From Campylobacteraceae bacterium (GTDB lineage: Bacteria > Campylobacterota > Campylobacteria > Campylobacterales > Arcobacteraceae): 60,641 nt of DNA. Shown here in pieces: positions 21,118 to 31,009 of the stretch (the first letter of the stretch is position 1; every line of letters starts with the position of its first letter). Below the pieces are notes generated by a model, which did not search any database, was not told the DNA's origin, and was given only the letters and a program-made list of their open reading frames with translations. A program made the translations under genes and the position numbers. Where the stretch lies: the NCBI GenBank assembly GCA_013215985.1, contig JABSOL010000003.1:1-60641 (forward strand), in the 5' to 3' direction.

Positions 21118-23928
21118 ATTTACTAGGTATAAAATTGAATTATAATCAATTCCAGAGTATTCACTTAATCCTATTTCACATGTTTTTGAAGTAGAGAAAG
21201 CATATTTTATTTCTTTTTTAAGTGCTGGTTTTAAATTTCTTAAAGCAGATTCATTTAATTCAGGGAAATCAAATCCTCTATCTCCTGCAAAACCACAACA
21301 TTTAACATCAGCTGGAACTGTTACATCAGATGAACACATATGTGCTAATTTTATAAAGTTCTCATGAAGTCCCATTTTTCTTGAAGAACAAGTAGTATGA
21401 ATTGCAATTGGGTCTGAAATTTGATTAAAAGTTAAATCTTTTACTAAATATTCTAGTGTAAAATCAATTGGTTCATATAGTTTTAAATTACCTTTAAAAC
21501 TCTCTAACATTTTTTTAGTACAAGGAGAAGTATCACATAAAATTGGAATTTCTCCATTATTAGACACTTTAAATAATCTATCTTCTAATTGCGCTGATTT
21601 AACATCTGCTTGAGCTGTAAAACCTTTTGAAGAAAAAGGCATTCCACAACATAAGCTTTCTAGGTTTTCAGGTAGAATTATTTGATACCCTGCTTTTTGT
21701 AATAATTCAACAGTAGTTTCATATAAAGTTTTTTCTTCAGTAGACATTGCACTTTGACCCATTGTTCTTGTAATACATGATGGAAAGTAAATTACTTTTT
21801 TTGATGATACTTTAATCTCAAAGTCTGTATTAATAGTAGTAGTAGCTGGTAGTGCCGGTGACCACTTAGGTGATTTAATTGTTGATCTTAAAACATTAGT
21901 AAAACCTTGCATATATTTTGTACCAATAACTTTATGTAATAAGTTTGATGCACCTAAACCAATTTTCATCATTGTTAAAGTAGTTGAGAAATTATTAGCA
22001 ATTCCAAAAGCAATTTTTCCTTGCATTGGTGTAATTCTCTCAGCTCTTAAGTGTTTTGTTAACGCACCTGTATCAATTCCAACTGGACATACAGTTGAAC
22101 ATAAAGAACAAGTAGCACAAGTATCTAAACCATCATAAACATAAGCAGCTTTTAATTCATTTGCTTCTTCTATTTCACCTATGCTTTCAAGTCTTGAGAT
22201 TTCTCTATTTGCAACAATTCTATGTCTTGGAGTAAATGTAATTTCATTTGAAGGACACATAGGTTCACAAAAGCCACACTCAATACATTTATCAACTATA
22301 GGATTAGTAGCAGGTAAAATTTTAAGATTTTTTAAATGAGCTTTTGGATCATCATTTATAATAACGCCTGGATTTAATATATCTTTTTTATCAAAAATCT
22401 TTTTAATATCTTTCATAGTTTTATGAGCTGTTTTACCCCACTCAAGTTCTATAAATGATGCCATATTTCTACCAGTTCCATGTTCTGCTTTTAAACTTCC
22501 TTGGTAAGTTACTGCTACAGATTTTGTAACATCATCCATAAATTCATCATATCTTTTTACTTCTTCAGGAATTCCAAAATCTTGAGTAAATACGAAGTGG
22601 AAGTTTCCTTCAAGTGCATGTCCAAATATTAATGCTTCTTTATATCCATGTTTTTTAAATAAATTTTGTAACTCAATTGTTGCTTCTGCTAAATGTTCAA
22701 TAGGATAAGCAACATCTTCAATAATAACTGTTGTTCCTAGCTTTCTTACCGCTCCAACTGCTGGGAATAAACCTTTTCTAATTTTCCAAAATAGTGAATA
22801 TTCAGCTACTTTATCAGTAAATTCTAAGTCTCTAATAAGTTCAAATTCTTCTAAAGATTCTTCAATTTTTTTAACTTGAGACCATAAATTATCTTTATTT
22901 TCAGCTCTTGTTTCAATTAATAAAGATGTAACTTCATTATCAAATTCTTTTAAATAAGAAGGCATTCCTTTCATATCTTGTATTGATTTTAAAGCTTTAT
23001 TATCCATAAGTTCAACAGCATCAACAATAATACTTTTAGCATCTTTTGCAAGTTTTAATTTTGTAACTGCTAAACAGGCTTCCGTTATATTTTTAAAGAA
23101 TATTAAAGCAGAAGCTTTATTTGCATAATCTTCAACTGTATAATATGTAATCTCTTCAATAAATGCTAAAGTTCCCTCAGAACCTATAATTAAATGAGCT
23201 AAAATATCAAATACATCATCAAAATCTACTAAAGCATTAAGTGAATAACCACAAGTATTTTTAATTTTATATTTTCTATTAATTAATTTTTCTAATTCTT
23301 TATCATTTTTTGTATCTCTTGCAAGGCGTGATAATTCATCTAAAAATTCTGAATTAGATTTTCTAAAAGCATTTTTTGAGTGTTCACAACCTGTATCTAT
23401 TCTTGTACCATCAGCCATTATAAGTTTAATACTTTTTAGTGTTTGATACGAGTTTTGAGCAATTCCACAGCACATTCCAGATGCATTATTAGCAGCAATT
23501 CCACCAATCATAGCAGTAGAAATTGAAGCAGGATCTGGGCCTATTTTTTTTCCATGAAATTTTAATATATTATTCGCTTGTTCTCCTGTAAGTGCAGGTT
23601 CAAGTGAGATGTATGAATAATCTTTAGCTACTGTAAACTTTGAAAAACTTCTATTCGTAACAATTAAAATACTATCACTTAAAGCTTGACCCGAAAGAGA
23701 TGTTCCTGCTGCTCTAAATGTAATAGGCAATTCTAATTTGTAAGCTTCTTGAATTAAAAACTGTACTTCATTTGCATTTGAAGCTCGTACTACTATTTTT
23801 GGAATAAGTCTGTAAAAAGATGCATCTGTTCCATATACTAAAGTATGTAATTTATCTGTGAATATATTTTTTTCCGAGATCTTAGTTTTAATAATCTCTT
23901 GGTATTTTGAATATGTTTTATCTAACAT
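21097..23928 (-). CDS. FAD-binding oxidase fused to 4Fe-4S and CCG (Fe-S) domains; D-lactate/2-hydroxyacid dehydrogenase-like (Dld-II / GlcD-GlcF fusion type)
   Basis: 943 aa. N-terminal FAD_binding_4/FAD-oxidase_C region, two ferredoxin motifs (CIECGFCEPMCP, CATCSLCSTVCP), and C-terminal CCG-type Cys-rich repeats (CCGMPF, CCGFAGD). Confidence 0.8.
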   Translation of the reverse strand: MLDKTYSKYQEIIKTKISEKNIFTDKLHTLVYGTDASFYRLIPKIVVRASNANEVQFLIQEAYKLELPITFRAAGTSLSGQALSDSILIVTNRSFSKFTVAKDYSYISLEPALTGEQANNILKFHGKKIGPDPASISTAMIGGIAANNASGMCCGIAQNSYQTLKSIKLIMADGTRIDTGCEHSKNAFRKSNSEFLDELSRLARDTKNDKELEKLINRKYKIKNTCGYSLNALVDFDDVFDILAHLIIGSEGTLAFIEEITYYTVEDYANKASALIFFKNITEACLAVTKLKLAKDAKSIIVDAVELMDNKALKSIQDMKGMPSYLKEFDNEVTSLLIETRAENKDNLWSQVKKIEESLEEFELIRDLEFTDKVAEYSLFWKIRKGLFPAVGAVRKLGTTVIIEDVAYPIEHLAEATIELQNLFKKHGYKEALIFGHALEGNFHFVFTQDFGIPEEVKRYDEFMDDVTKSVAVTYQGSLKAEHGTGRNMASFIELEWGKTAHKTMKDIKKIFDKKDILNPGVIINDDPKAHLKNLKILPATNPIVDKCIECGFCEPMCPSNEITFTPRHRIVANREISRLESIGEIEEANELKAAYVYDGLDTCATCSLCSTVCPVGIDTGALTKHLRAERITPMQGKIAFGIANNFSTTLTMMKIGLGASNLLHKVIGTKYMQGFTNVLRSTIKSPKWSPALPATTTINTDFEIKVSSKKVIYFPSCITRTMGQSAMSTEEKTLYETTVELLQKAGYQIILPENLESLCCGMPFSSKGFTAQADVKSAQLEDRLFKVSNNGEIPILCDTSPCTKKMLESFKGNLKLYEPIDFTLEYLVKDLTFNQISDPIAIHTTCSSRKMGLHENFIKLAHMCSSDVTVPADVKCCGFAGDRGFDFPELNESALRNLKPALKKEIKYAFSTSKTCEIGLSEYSGIDYNSILYLVNKCTISK

Positions 23929-24281
23929 AGTCTATCCTTTAAATTTTTATTTATAAGATATTAAATTAACTATATACTATTGTATATATTTTTATATATA
24001 TTATTGTTTATAATTATTGTATATCTATTTGGTATAAGTTGTGATTAAATAAAAAGGAAGGGTATTACTCTAGGCGAGGTACAGTATAAATCTCATGGTG
24101 GTAGTTTTTAGAAAATGAATTATTAATATCGCAGTCTTGGAATATGATATTGTTAAGGAATATTTGTTTTTTCATTTATAATACTTTTCTAAATTTATGT
24201 CTATTTTTAATATAAAATATGATTATTTTATAAAAACTTACATAATTCTAACATTTTCAAATGATAATAATGTGATATTTT

Positions 24282-24310
24282 AAATAGTACCTTTTAAAAA
24301 GGCACTATTT
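24282..24310 (-). terminator. Terminator of the TRAP operon
   Basis: Inverted repeat AAATAGTACCTTTT / AAAAGGCACTATTT (one G-U position), immediately downstream of the dctM stop. Confidence 0.55.
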
Positions 24311-24317
24311 TTGATAA

Positions 24318-25682
24318 TTATTTAAGAAAAGCTGTTACTCCAAAGAACTCTGGATATACAGCTAGTAAGATTAAAACACCTACTTGTATTGCAATAAAAG
24401 GTAAAACACCTCTATAAATTTGCATTGTTTTAACTGAAGATGGAACTACACCTTTTAGATAAAAGAGTGAGAACCCAAATGGTGGAGTTAAAAATGATGT
24501 TTGTAAATTCATAGCAATTAATATTGCAAACCATACAGGATTAATTCCTAAAGCTTCTGATATAGGAATTAAAATTGGAATAATAATATATGAAATCTCA
24601 ACAAAATCAATAAAGAATCCTAAAATAAATATAGCTAACATTGTAAAGATTATAAATGCCCATACAGTATCACCTGGTAAGCTAGTCATAAAGTGTTCAA
24701 CTAATTCTTCTCCACCAGTATAAGTAAATACCATTGAGAAGGCAGTCGCACCAATTAAAATTGCAAATACCATAGATGTAATTTTAACAGATTCACTTGC
24801 CGCTTCTTTAATCATAGAAAAAGAAAAAGAACCATAAATTAAAGCTAATAAAACTGCACCTAAACAACCTACTGCTGATGATTCAGTAGGTGTTGCAATT
24901 CCTGCAAATATTGATCCTAATACCATTAGTATAAGTGATAAAGAAGGAATAATATCAATTAAAGCTCTTAGCACTTGTTTTTTCTTGTTTCCTCGACTTG
25001 GATCAGCTGGAATAGCTGGAGCCATTTCTGGTTTAAAATAAGCAACTATTAAAATAAATAAAATATATAATCCAACCAACATAAGTCCTGGTCCAATTGC
25101 AGCTGCAAATAAATCACCTACAGGAACTTGGAATACATCACCTAAAATAATTAATACAATAGAAGGTGGAATAATTTGACCCAGTGTTCCAGAGGCACAA
25201 ATAGTTCCAGTTGCTAGTTCTGTATTATATTTATATTTCATCATTACAGGAAGTGAAATTACACCCATTGCTACAACAGAAGCTCCAACAACACCAGTTG
25301 ATGCTGCAAGAAGTGAACCTACTAGTACAGTTGAAATTGCAACTCCACCTCTAATTTCTCCAAATAAGAAGCCCATTGATTCTAAAAGTCGTTCTGCTAA
25401 ACCTGTTTTTTGTAAAACAATTCCCATAAAAATGAACATAGGAATAGCCATTAAAATAGTATTTTGCATAATTGAGAAAATTCTATATGGCATAAAATCA
25501 AACATTGCCATACCTTCTTCTAAACCTTCTAAAAGACCAGAAACAAAACCATCATCAAAACCAATTTCAACAACACCTGCAATTAGTCCGAATATTACAG
25601 AAACAGCACCAAAAGTAAAAGCTACGGGAAAACCTATTAACAGCATACATAATGCTGTAAAGAACATTATAATACCAATCAT
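24318..25682 (-). CDS. dctM: TRAP transporter large permease
   Basis: 454 aa, about 12 TM, DctM-like. 4-nt overlap with the dctQ-like gene. Confidence 0.9.
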   Translation of the reverse strand: MIGIIMFFTALCMLLIGFPVAFTFGAVSVIFGLIAGVVEIGFDDGFVSGLLEGLEEGMAMFDFMPYRIFSIMQNTILMAIPMFIFMGIVLQKTGLAERLLESMGFLFGEIRGGVAISTVLVGSLLAASTGVVGASVVAMGVISLPVMMKYKYNTELATGTICASGTLGQIIPPSIVLIILGDVFQVPVGDLFAAAIGPGLMLVGLYILFILIVAYFKPEMAPAIPADPSRGNKKKQVLRALIDIIPSLSLILMVLGSIFAGIATPTESSAVGCLGAVLLALIYGSFSFSMIKEAASESVKITSMVFAILIGATAFSMVFTYTGGEELVEHFMTSLPGDTVWAFIIFTMLAIFILGFFIDFVEISYIIIPILIPISEALGINPVWFAILIAMNLQTSFLTPPFGFSLFYLKGVVPSSVKTMQIYRGVLPFIAIQVGVLILLAVYPEFFGVTAFLK

Positions 25683-26260
25683 TTGTTATCTCCTTTATGC
25701 TCATTTGTATCTTCTTTTAAGTGAGCTAATTCTTCTTCTATACCATGTAATTTTCTTTTATTAACACCTCTATATATATTTAAGTTTCTAATAAAAAATC
25801 CAATAGATGTTATTACTAATAAAATAAATGATAAAGGAATTAATGATTTTACAATCCATCTATGTGTTAATCCACCTGGATCTCCTGAAATTTCTCCTGA
25901 TTGGAATGTTTCAATAACATATGGAATTGACGCGTTAATAATTAAGAACGCAATTGGTAAAATAAATGTAATAACCCCAATCATATCAATTAAAGCTTTT
26001 CTTTTATCTGTTAAACCATCATAAATTAAATCTACTCTTACATGGCCATCTTCTTTAAGTGTATAAGCCATTCCTAATAATATAACTACTGAAAATAGAT
26101 GCCATTCCATTTCTTGAAATGCAATTGAACCTGATCTGAAAAAATATCTCATAATAACATCATAAGTTACATTAAAAATCATTAGAACTATTGCAATAGA
26201 AGTTATTGCTCCAATAATATCTGCGAATTTATCGAAGGCTTTTTCAATTTTAACTAACAT
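25679..26260 (-). CDS. dctQ: TRAP transporter small permease
   Basis: 193 aa with 4 TM helices, positioned between the P and M components. Confidence 0.85.
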   Translation of the reverse strand: MLVKIEKAFDKFADIIGAITSIAIVLMIFNVTYDVIMRYFFRSGSIAFQEMEWHLFSVVILLGMAYTLKEDGHVRVDLIYDGLTDKRKALIDMIGVITFILPIAFLIINASIPYVIETFQSGEISGDPGGLTHRWIVKSLIPLSFILLVITSIGFFIRNLNIYRGVNKRKLHGIEEELAHLKEDTNEHKGDNK

Positions 26261-26334
26261 TAAAAATCCTTTGTGTTTGGGCTTGTTTTGAGTATATAAG
26301 TTTAGAAAATATAATGCTTATACTTACTAAACTT

Positions 26335-26365
26335 ATTCTTTCTCTTAAATATTAAGAGAAAGAAT
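26335..26365 (-). terminator. Intercistronic hairpin after the TRAP binding-protein gene
   Basis: Perfect 14-bp stem ATTCTTTCTCTTAA-ATA-TTAAGAGAAAGAAT, 7 nt downstream of the dctP stop. This is typical of partial termination or mRNA stabilisation that over-expresses the SBP relative to the permeases. Confidence 0.6.
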
Positions 26366-26371
26366 GTAGTT

Positions 26372-27445
26372 TTATTCTAAGTTATCTTTTAAGTATAAAT
26401 AATCAGACATTTTAGTCCATTCTCTAGCTTTTTTCTGGAAAGCAGATTGTGAATCTAAGATTTCTTTTAATAAAGGCTGACCTTTAGTTTTTTCAACTAA
26501 TAATTCTTTATTAGTTCTTTTCATTGCGTCCATAACTTCTTTAGGGAAAGTTTTAACTTTAATGTTTGGATAATCTTTACCCATTTTAGCCCATGCATTA
26601 GCAGACATTGCGTAGTTTTGTGCATACATATCGTAAGCAGAAACTCTAATAGCTGTAACTAAAATAGCTTTTAAATCATCTGGTAATTTATTAAATTTTC
26701 TTTGGTTAACTAAAAATTGTAATTCTGTACCTGGTTCGTGCCAACCTGTGTAATAGTAAGGAGCAACTTTATGGAATCCCATTTTGATGTCCATTCCAGG
26801 GCCAACCCATTCTAGTGCATCAATAGTTCCTCTTTCAAGTGAAGTATATAATTCTCCAGAAGGAATATTAGTAACAGTCATACCTAGTTTATTCATGATC
26901 TCACCTGCAAAACCAGGAATTCTCATTTTAAGACCTTTTAAATCATCTAAAGATTTAATTTCTTTTCTAAACCATCCACCCATTTGGTTTCCAGTATTTC
27001 CACCAGGAAATGATAAAACTTTATGTTTTTTATATACTTTTTGCATTAAATCTAAACCACCACCGTAGTAGAACCAAGCGTATTGTTCAGGTGCAGTCAT
27101 ACCAAAAGGCATAGTTGTGAAAGGAAGAGTATTAATATCTTTACCTTTCCAATAATATGAAGCCGAGTGACCCATATCATATTGTCCACCTTTAACCATA
27201 TCTAAAATACCAAATGCAGCTTTATGCTTATTCGAAGCATCTACTCTAATAAGTAATCTTCCATTTGACATTTCTTCAACCATTTTAGCCATATTCTTAG
27301 GTGCATCAATAAACGGTGATAAAGTAGGTCCCCATGTAGTTGCCAACTTCCATTTGTATACTTTTTCTTTAGCCAGTGCTGCTGTAGTTAATCCTGCGAT
27401 TACTGTAGCCGCAACAAGAAATTTAGTAGTTTTACCAAACATCAT
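26372..27445 (-). CDS. dctP: TRAP transporter substrate-binding protein, TakP-like (COG4663-type) subgroup
   Basis: Signal peptide. Motifs FPGGNTGNQMGGWF, GLKMRIPG, GTIDALEWVGP and APYYYTGWHEPG match my recollection of the alpha-keto-acid receptor TakP family. Confidence 0.85.
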   Translation of the reverse strand: MMFGKTTKFLVAATVIAGLTTAALAKEKVYKWKLATTWGPTLSPFIDAPKNMAKMVEEMSNGRLLIRVDASNKHKAAFGILDMVKGGQYDMGHSASYYWKGKDINTLPFTTMPFGMTAPEQYAWFYYGGGLDLMQKVYKKHKVLSFPGGNTGNQMGGWFRKEIKSLDDLKGLKMRIPGFAGEIMNKLGMTVTNIPSGELYTSLERGTIDALEWVGPGMDIKMGFHKVAPYYYTGWHEPGTELQFLVNQRKFNKLPDDLKAILVTAIRVSAYDMYAQNYAMSANAWAKMGKDYPNIKVKTFPKEVMDAMKRTNKELLVEKTKGQPLLKEILDSQSAFQKKAREWTKMSDYLYLKDNLE

Positions 27446-27525
27446 TTTGTCTCCTTTAATTTTAATTAATTCATTGTAACGCTAGGAAATGATAATGGTA
27501 TGATATTTTCGTAACTTTTAAAAAT

Positions 27526-27546
27526 TAATTATGTACTAATTATGTA
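27526..27546 (-). promoter_or_regulatory. Tandem direct repeat upstream of dctP (candidate response-regulator box)
   Basis: TAATTATGTA-C-TAATTATGTA (minus strand: TACATAATTA-G-TACATAATTA), with an exact 11-bp period. It lies 80-100 nt upstream of the dctP ATG and 8 nt after the stop of the adjacent OmpR-type regulator gene. Confidence 0.45.
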
Positions 27547-27554
27547 AGTTTGGA

Positions 27555-28202
27555 CTAACTATTTATTTTAAAAATGTATCCTGTATCAACAACTGTTTGA
27601 ATATAGTCATTTACAAGTGTTTTTCTAACTCTTCGAACTAGAGTTCTAATTGATTCTAAAGATACAAATGAACCTTCCCAAACATAATTTTCAATAGCTT
27701 CATATGATACTACTTGATTCTTTTTAGTTAAAAATAGATTTATTAATAATCTTTCTTTTTTTGTTAATCTTATTTCATGTTCATCAACTATAATTGTAGA
27801 TGATTTAAAATCAAAGAATGAGTTAATATCATATTTGATTTTATCATCTTTTATTTGGCATAACTTACCTATTTTAATTTCTAATTCATCTATGAAAAAA
27901 GGTTTTTTAATATAATCGTTACAACCAAAATCATAAGATTCTTTAATTAATTCTAGTTCAACTGAAGCAGATATAATGATTACTGGAATATCTTGATAAA
28001 ATTCTCTAATTTTTTTAAGTACTTTAATTCCATCAATATTTGGAACATTAATATCTAATACAAAACAAGAATAACCATTTTCTATATTATCATATGCTTC
28101 TTGCCCATCAATAAAAGAGTCAATTTGATAGTCTTTTAATTCTAATCTCTTTTTTATTGTTGAGTTTAATTTTACATTATCTTCTAAAAGTAAAATTTTC
28201 AT
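27555..28202 (-). CDS. Two-component response regulator, OmpR-like winged helix
   Basis: Receiver domain (ILLLEDN..FVLDINVP..KP) plus a trans_reg_C-like C-terminus (LTKKERLLINLF.., TGYIFK). Confidence 0.85.
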   Translation of the reverse strand: MKILLLEDNVKLNSTIKKRLELKDYQIDSFIDGQEAYDNIENGYSCFVLDINVPNIDGIKVLKKIREFYQDIPVIIISASVELELIKESYDFGCNDYIKKPFFIDELEIKIGKLCQIKDDKIKYDINSFFDFKSSTIIVDEHEIRLTKKERLLINLFLTKKNQVVSYEAIENYVWEGSFVSLESIRTLVRRVRKTLVNDYIQTVVDTGYIFKINS

Positions 28203-30385
28203 TATTTATTTCCTATTATATGGGGTATTTTGATTGTAAAAACTACTAATCCATTTTCATTGTGTACGTTTATATATCCAAGCATTTTATCTTCTATAAT
28301 AACTTTTGCCATATATAAACCAAATCCAGTACCTTCTTTTTTTGTTGTAAAATAGGGTTCAAAAATTGAATGCATAATTTTTTTATCTATTTCTCCACCA
28401 TTGTCTATTATTTCAATTATATTATATTTATCATTTGCTTTTATATTAATTGTAATTTTAAACTTATCATTTGATTTTTTATCAACAATTTTTGTTTTAG
28501 AATTATTTATTAAATTTAATAAAACTTGTTTAAATTCATTTTCATATCCATAAAGTAATAATTCACTATCTGTATTTATGTAATTTATTTCTGTGTTAAT
28601 ATTAGAATAAAAAAGTTGTTTTCCAACAATCTCAAATATTTCATCAAAAGATTTTTTTATAGAAAATAAAGTTCTTTTTGTAGAAGGTTTTAAAAAGTTT
28701 CTAAAATCACTAAGAGTTTTTGACATATATTTTATTTGTACCATAGAATCATTTACAAAAGTATTCATTTCAACTCCTCCTAATTCATCTAATAAATAAG
28801 AAGTCTGAATATCTTGCACTTGTGCTGATAGTTCAACTAAAGGTTCATTCCATTGGTGTGCAATAGCTGCAATCATATCACCCATTTCAGCTAGTTTTCC
28901 TTGCTGAATTAAAAATTGTTTTTGTTGTAATCTTTCAGTAATATCATCCATAACACAAACAATACCACCAATACTTCCATCTGTATTTAAAAATACTGCT
29001 TTATTAAGAATAATGTGTTTCATACTAGAGTTTGAGAAATGTATTGTTAATTCATAAGTATCTCTTCCTCTTGTTTTAAAAAGTTTTTGATCATTCTCTT
29101 CATTCTTTTTAGCAACATCATAAGGGAAAAAGTTATGTGCTGTTTTTCCTACTACATCTTTTTTATCCATTCCAAATAGATCAGCAAATGCTTGGTTACA
29201 TCCTATTAATTTACCATCAGTATTTTTATAATAAAGTGCAGAAGGAATTGTATTTAAAAGTACTTTATCAAATCTTACAATATTTTGTAAATCTTTTTCT
29301 AGTACTTTTCTTCTTTGAATATTTGCTCTCATACTAACAACTATTATTGTTAATATTAAAATTGAAATAATAGATAAAATTACAAATTTTGTATACTCTT
29401 TATATATTGTAATTGGTTCATTTATGATTGAATAATCGTCTAAAAAAGCAGAAACATTAATATTAAATCTTTTTAATTCATTATAATCAAAAATGTATCT
29501 ATTGGGAGATTTCTCTAAAATAGGAATATCTTGTATTGATTTTTTATTTATTAATATATCAATTGCCATATCAGATACTTCATCACCTTGTGACACAGCA
29601 GAAGTTAATAAACCACCTACAATTCCATTACCCATATAAAAATCCCATAAACCATAAATAGGAACTTTTGAGTTTTTTCTTATTTGTTTTAAACCTTTTT
29701 TATAAGTAAAGTATTTACCTTTTTTATCTTTAAATAATAAAACAAATAAAATAACAGTATCTTTTTTAAGATTTTTGACTTTGTCTTTAATTTTTTTAAT
29801 ATCCATATTATCTATATATTCAACATTGATTTTATTTTTATATTTTCTAATTATTTTTCTAAGATCTCTTTTTAGTGCTAAACCAGTTTTTGATTTATCA
29901 TTTAATATAAGTAAGTTCTTCATTTTAGGATGTAATTGTAGAATTAATTTAAAGTTTTTTTCTAAATCTACTTGTTCAACAACACCTGTCATATATTTTT
30001 GCATATTATTTTCATATAAAAAACTTTTATCAAAGTTATTAATACCTGCAAATAATATTGGTAAGTCTTTAAATAAATAATGGTGATATCTAATTGCAAA
30101 TTCAAATGCATTATTATCAGAAGCTATAATTAAATCGAATTTTCTTTTTTGAAATTGTTCTTTATATAAAGAAGCTAGATTGTCTAAATAAATAGGCCCT
30201 GCAACTCGTTTTGTATCCATATATACAGTAGTAAGTTCTATATTATCATATTGTTTGAAGTTTTTTTCAATAGTATCAGAAATATCATCACTCCAAGTAT
30301 AACCTTTATGGTATGAGTGAAGTAATAATACTTCTTTTGCGTAAGTAGAAGATAATAAGATAAATAAGACTAAGAATATTTTCAT
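28202..30385 (-). CDS. Sensor histidine kinase with a periplasmic solute-binding-protein-fold domain, PAS, HisKA and HATPase domains
   Basis: 727 aa. Signal/TM1, then a periplasmic region of about 300 aa starting KEVLLLHSYHKGYTWSDD (ABC-substrate-binding-like sensor domains of this type are common in Campylobacterota kinases). Then TM2, a PAS-like segment, H-box AHQWNEPL and G-box GTGFGLYMAK. Confidence 0.8.
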   Translation of the reverse strand: MKIFLVLFILLSSTYAKEVLLLHSYHKGYTWSDDISDTIEKNFKQYDNIELTTVYMDTKRVAGPIYLDNLASLYKEQFQKRKFDLIIASDNNAFEFAIRYHHYLFKDLPILFAGINNFDKSFLYENNMQKYMTGVVEQVDLEKNFKLILQLHPKMKNLLILNDKSKTGLALKRDLRKIIRKYKNKINVEYIDNMDIKKIKDKVKNLKKDTVILFVLLFKDKKGKYFTYKKGLKQIRKNSKVPIYGLWDFYMGNGIVGGLLTSAVSQGDEVSDMAIDILINKKSIQDIPILEKSPNRYIFDYNELKRFNINVSAFLDDYSIINEPITIYKEYTKFVILSIISILILTIIVVSMRANIQRRKVLEKDLQNIVRFDKVLLNTIPSALYYKNTDGKLIGCNQAFADLFGMDKKDVVGKTAHNFFPYDVAKKNEENDQKLFKTRGRDTYELTIHFSNSSMKHIILNKAVFLNTDGSIGGIVCVMDDITERLQQKQFLIQQGKLAEMGDMIAAIAHQWNEPLVELSAQVQDIQTSYLLDELGGVEMNTFVNDSMVQIKYMSKTLSDFRNFLKPSTKRTLFSIKKSFDEIFEIVGKQLFYSNINTEINYINTDSELLLYGYENEFKQVLLNLINNSKTKIVDKKSNDKFKITINIKANDKYNIIEIIDNGGEIDKKIMHSIFEPYFTTKKEGTGFGLYMAKVIIEDKMLGYINVHNENGLVVFTIKIPHIIGNK

Positions 30386-30424
30386 AAAAAACTTTTTTGC
30401 TTATTATATCTTATTATAAGTGTT

Positions 30425-31009
30425 TTAGTCTATAAAAATCACATATCCAGATTTTGGTCCATGCGCTCCAATTACTAATGTTTGTTCGATATCAGCTGTT
30501 TTAGAAGGACCTGAAACAAATACTCCATAACCAGAATCGTCAAATGAAATTCTATCATATGCTTCATGTAAATTATTTAACATATCAGATTTTTTTACAA
30601 CAATAACAATATGCTGTGCTATAAAGTATAATGATCTATGTCTATTATTTGGATTTTTTAACCAAACAGCTCCATTTTCAGCAACTGCGAATTCACCTTT
30701 AACAATAGCTAAATCAACATCTCTTAAATCATGTGCATCTTCTTTATCATTAGCAATAAAATTACCTAATTTTGATTCTTCTACATTTGATACAATAACT
30801 TTTTCATCTTTATATAATGATCTAATTAATTCATCAAGTTCTGCTGCTGTAGAAACTAAAGCATCTCCACCAACAGTTTTAATGATTTTTTTGAATTGTG
30901 TAAATTTATCATCATATTTTATACCAAAACCTTCATAATCAGGAAGGTCTGCTTTAGGAACTACATTGTTTGCTCTAATTTTACCTAGAATTAATTCTTT
31001 ACTTGTCAT
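30425..31009 (-). CDS. lutC: Lactate utilisation protein C (LUD domain)
   Basis: LutC/YkgG-like. I place the start at ATG 31009 (MTSKELILGKIR), overlapping lutB by 11 nt. The ORF-track start at 31093 lies inside lutB. Confidence 0.85.
   Translation of the reverse strand: MTSKELILGKIRANNVVPKADLPDYEGFGIKYDDKFTQFKKIIKTVGGDALVSTAAELDELIRSLYKDEKVIVSNVEESKLGNFIANDKEDAHDLRDVDLAIVKGEFAVAENGAVWLKNPNNRHRSLYFIAQHIVIVVKKSDMLNNLHEAYDRISFDDSGYGVFVSGPSKTADIEQTLVIGAHGPKSGYVIFID

Noticed and set aside
23978-24025. Three TATTGT(A/T)TATA-like repeats upstream of the Dld-like gene, considered as regulator boxes.
   Set aside because: Spacing is irregular (24 and 13 bp) and the sequence is nearly pure TA low complexity. 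They are mentioned only as context in the leader finding.
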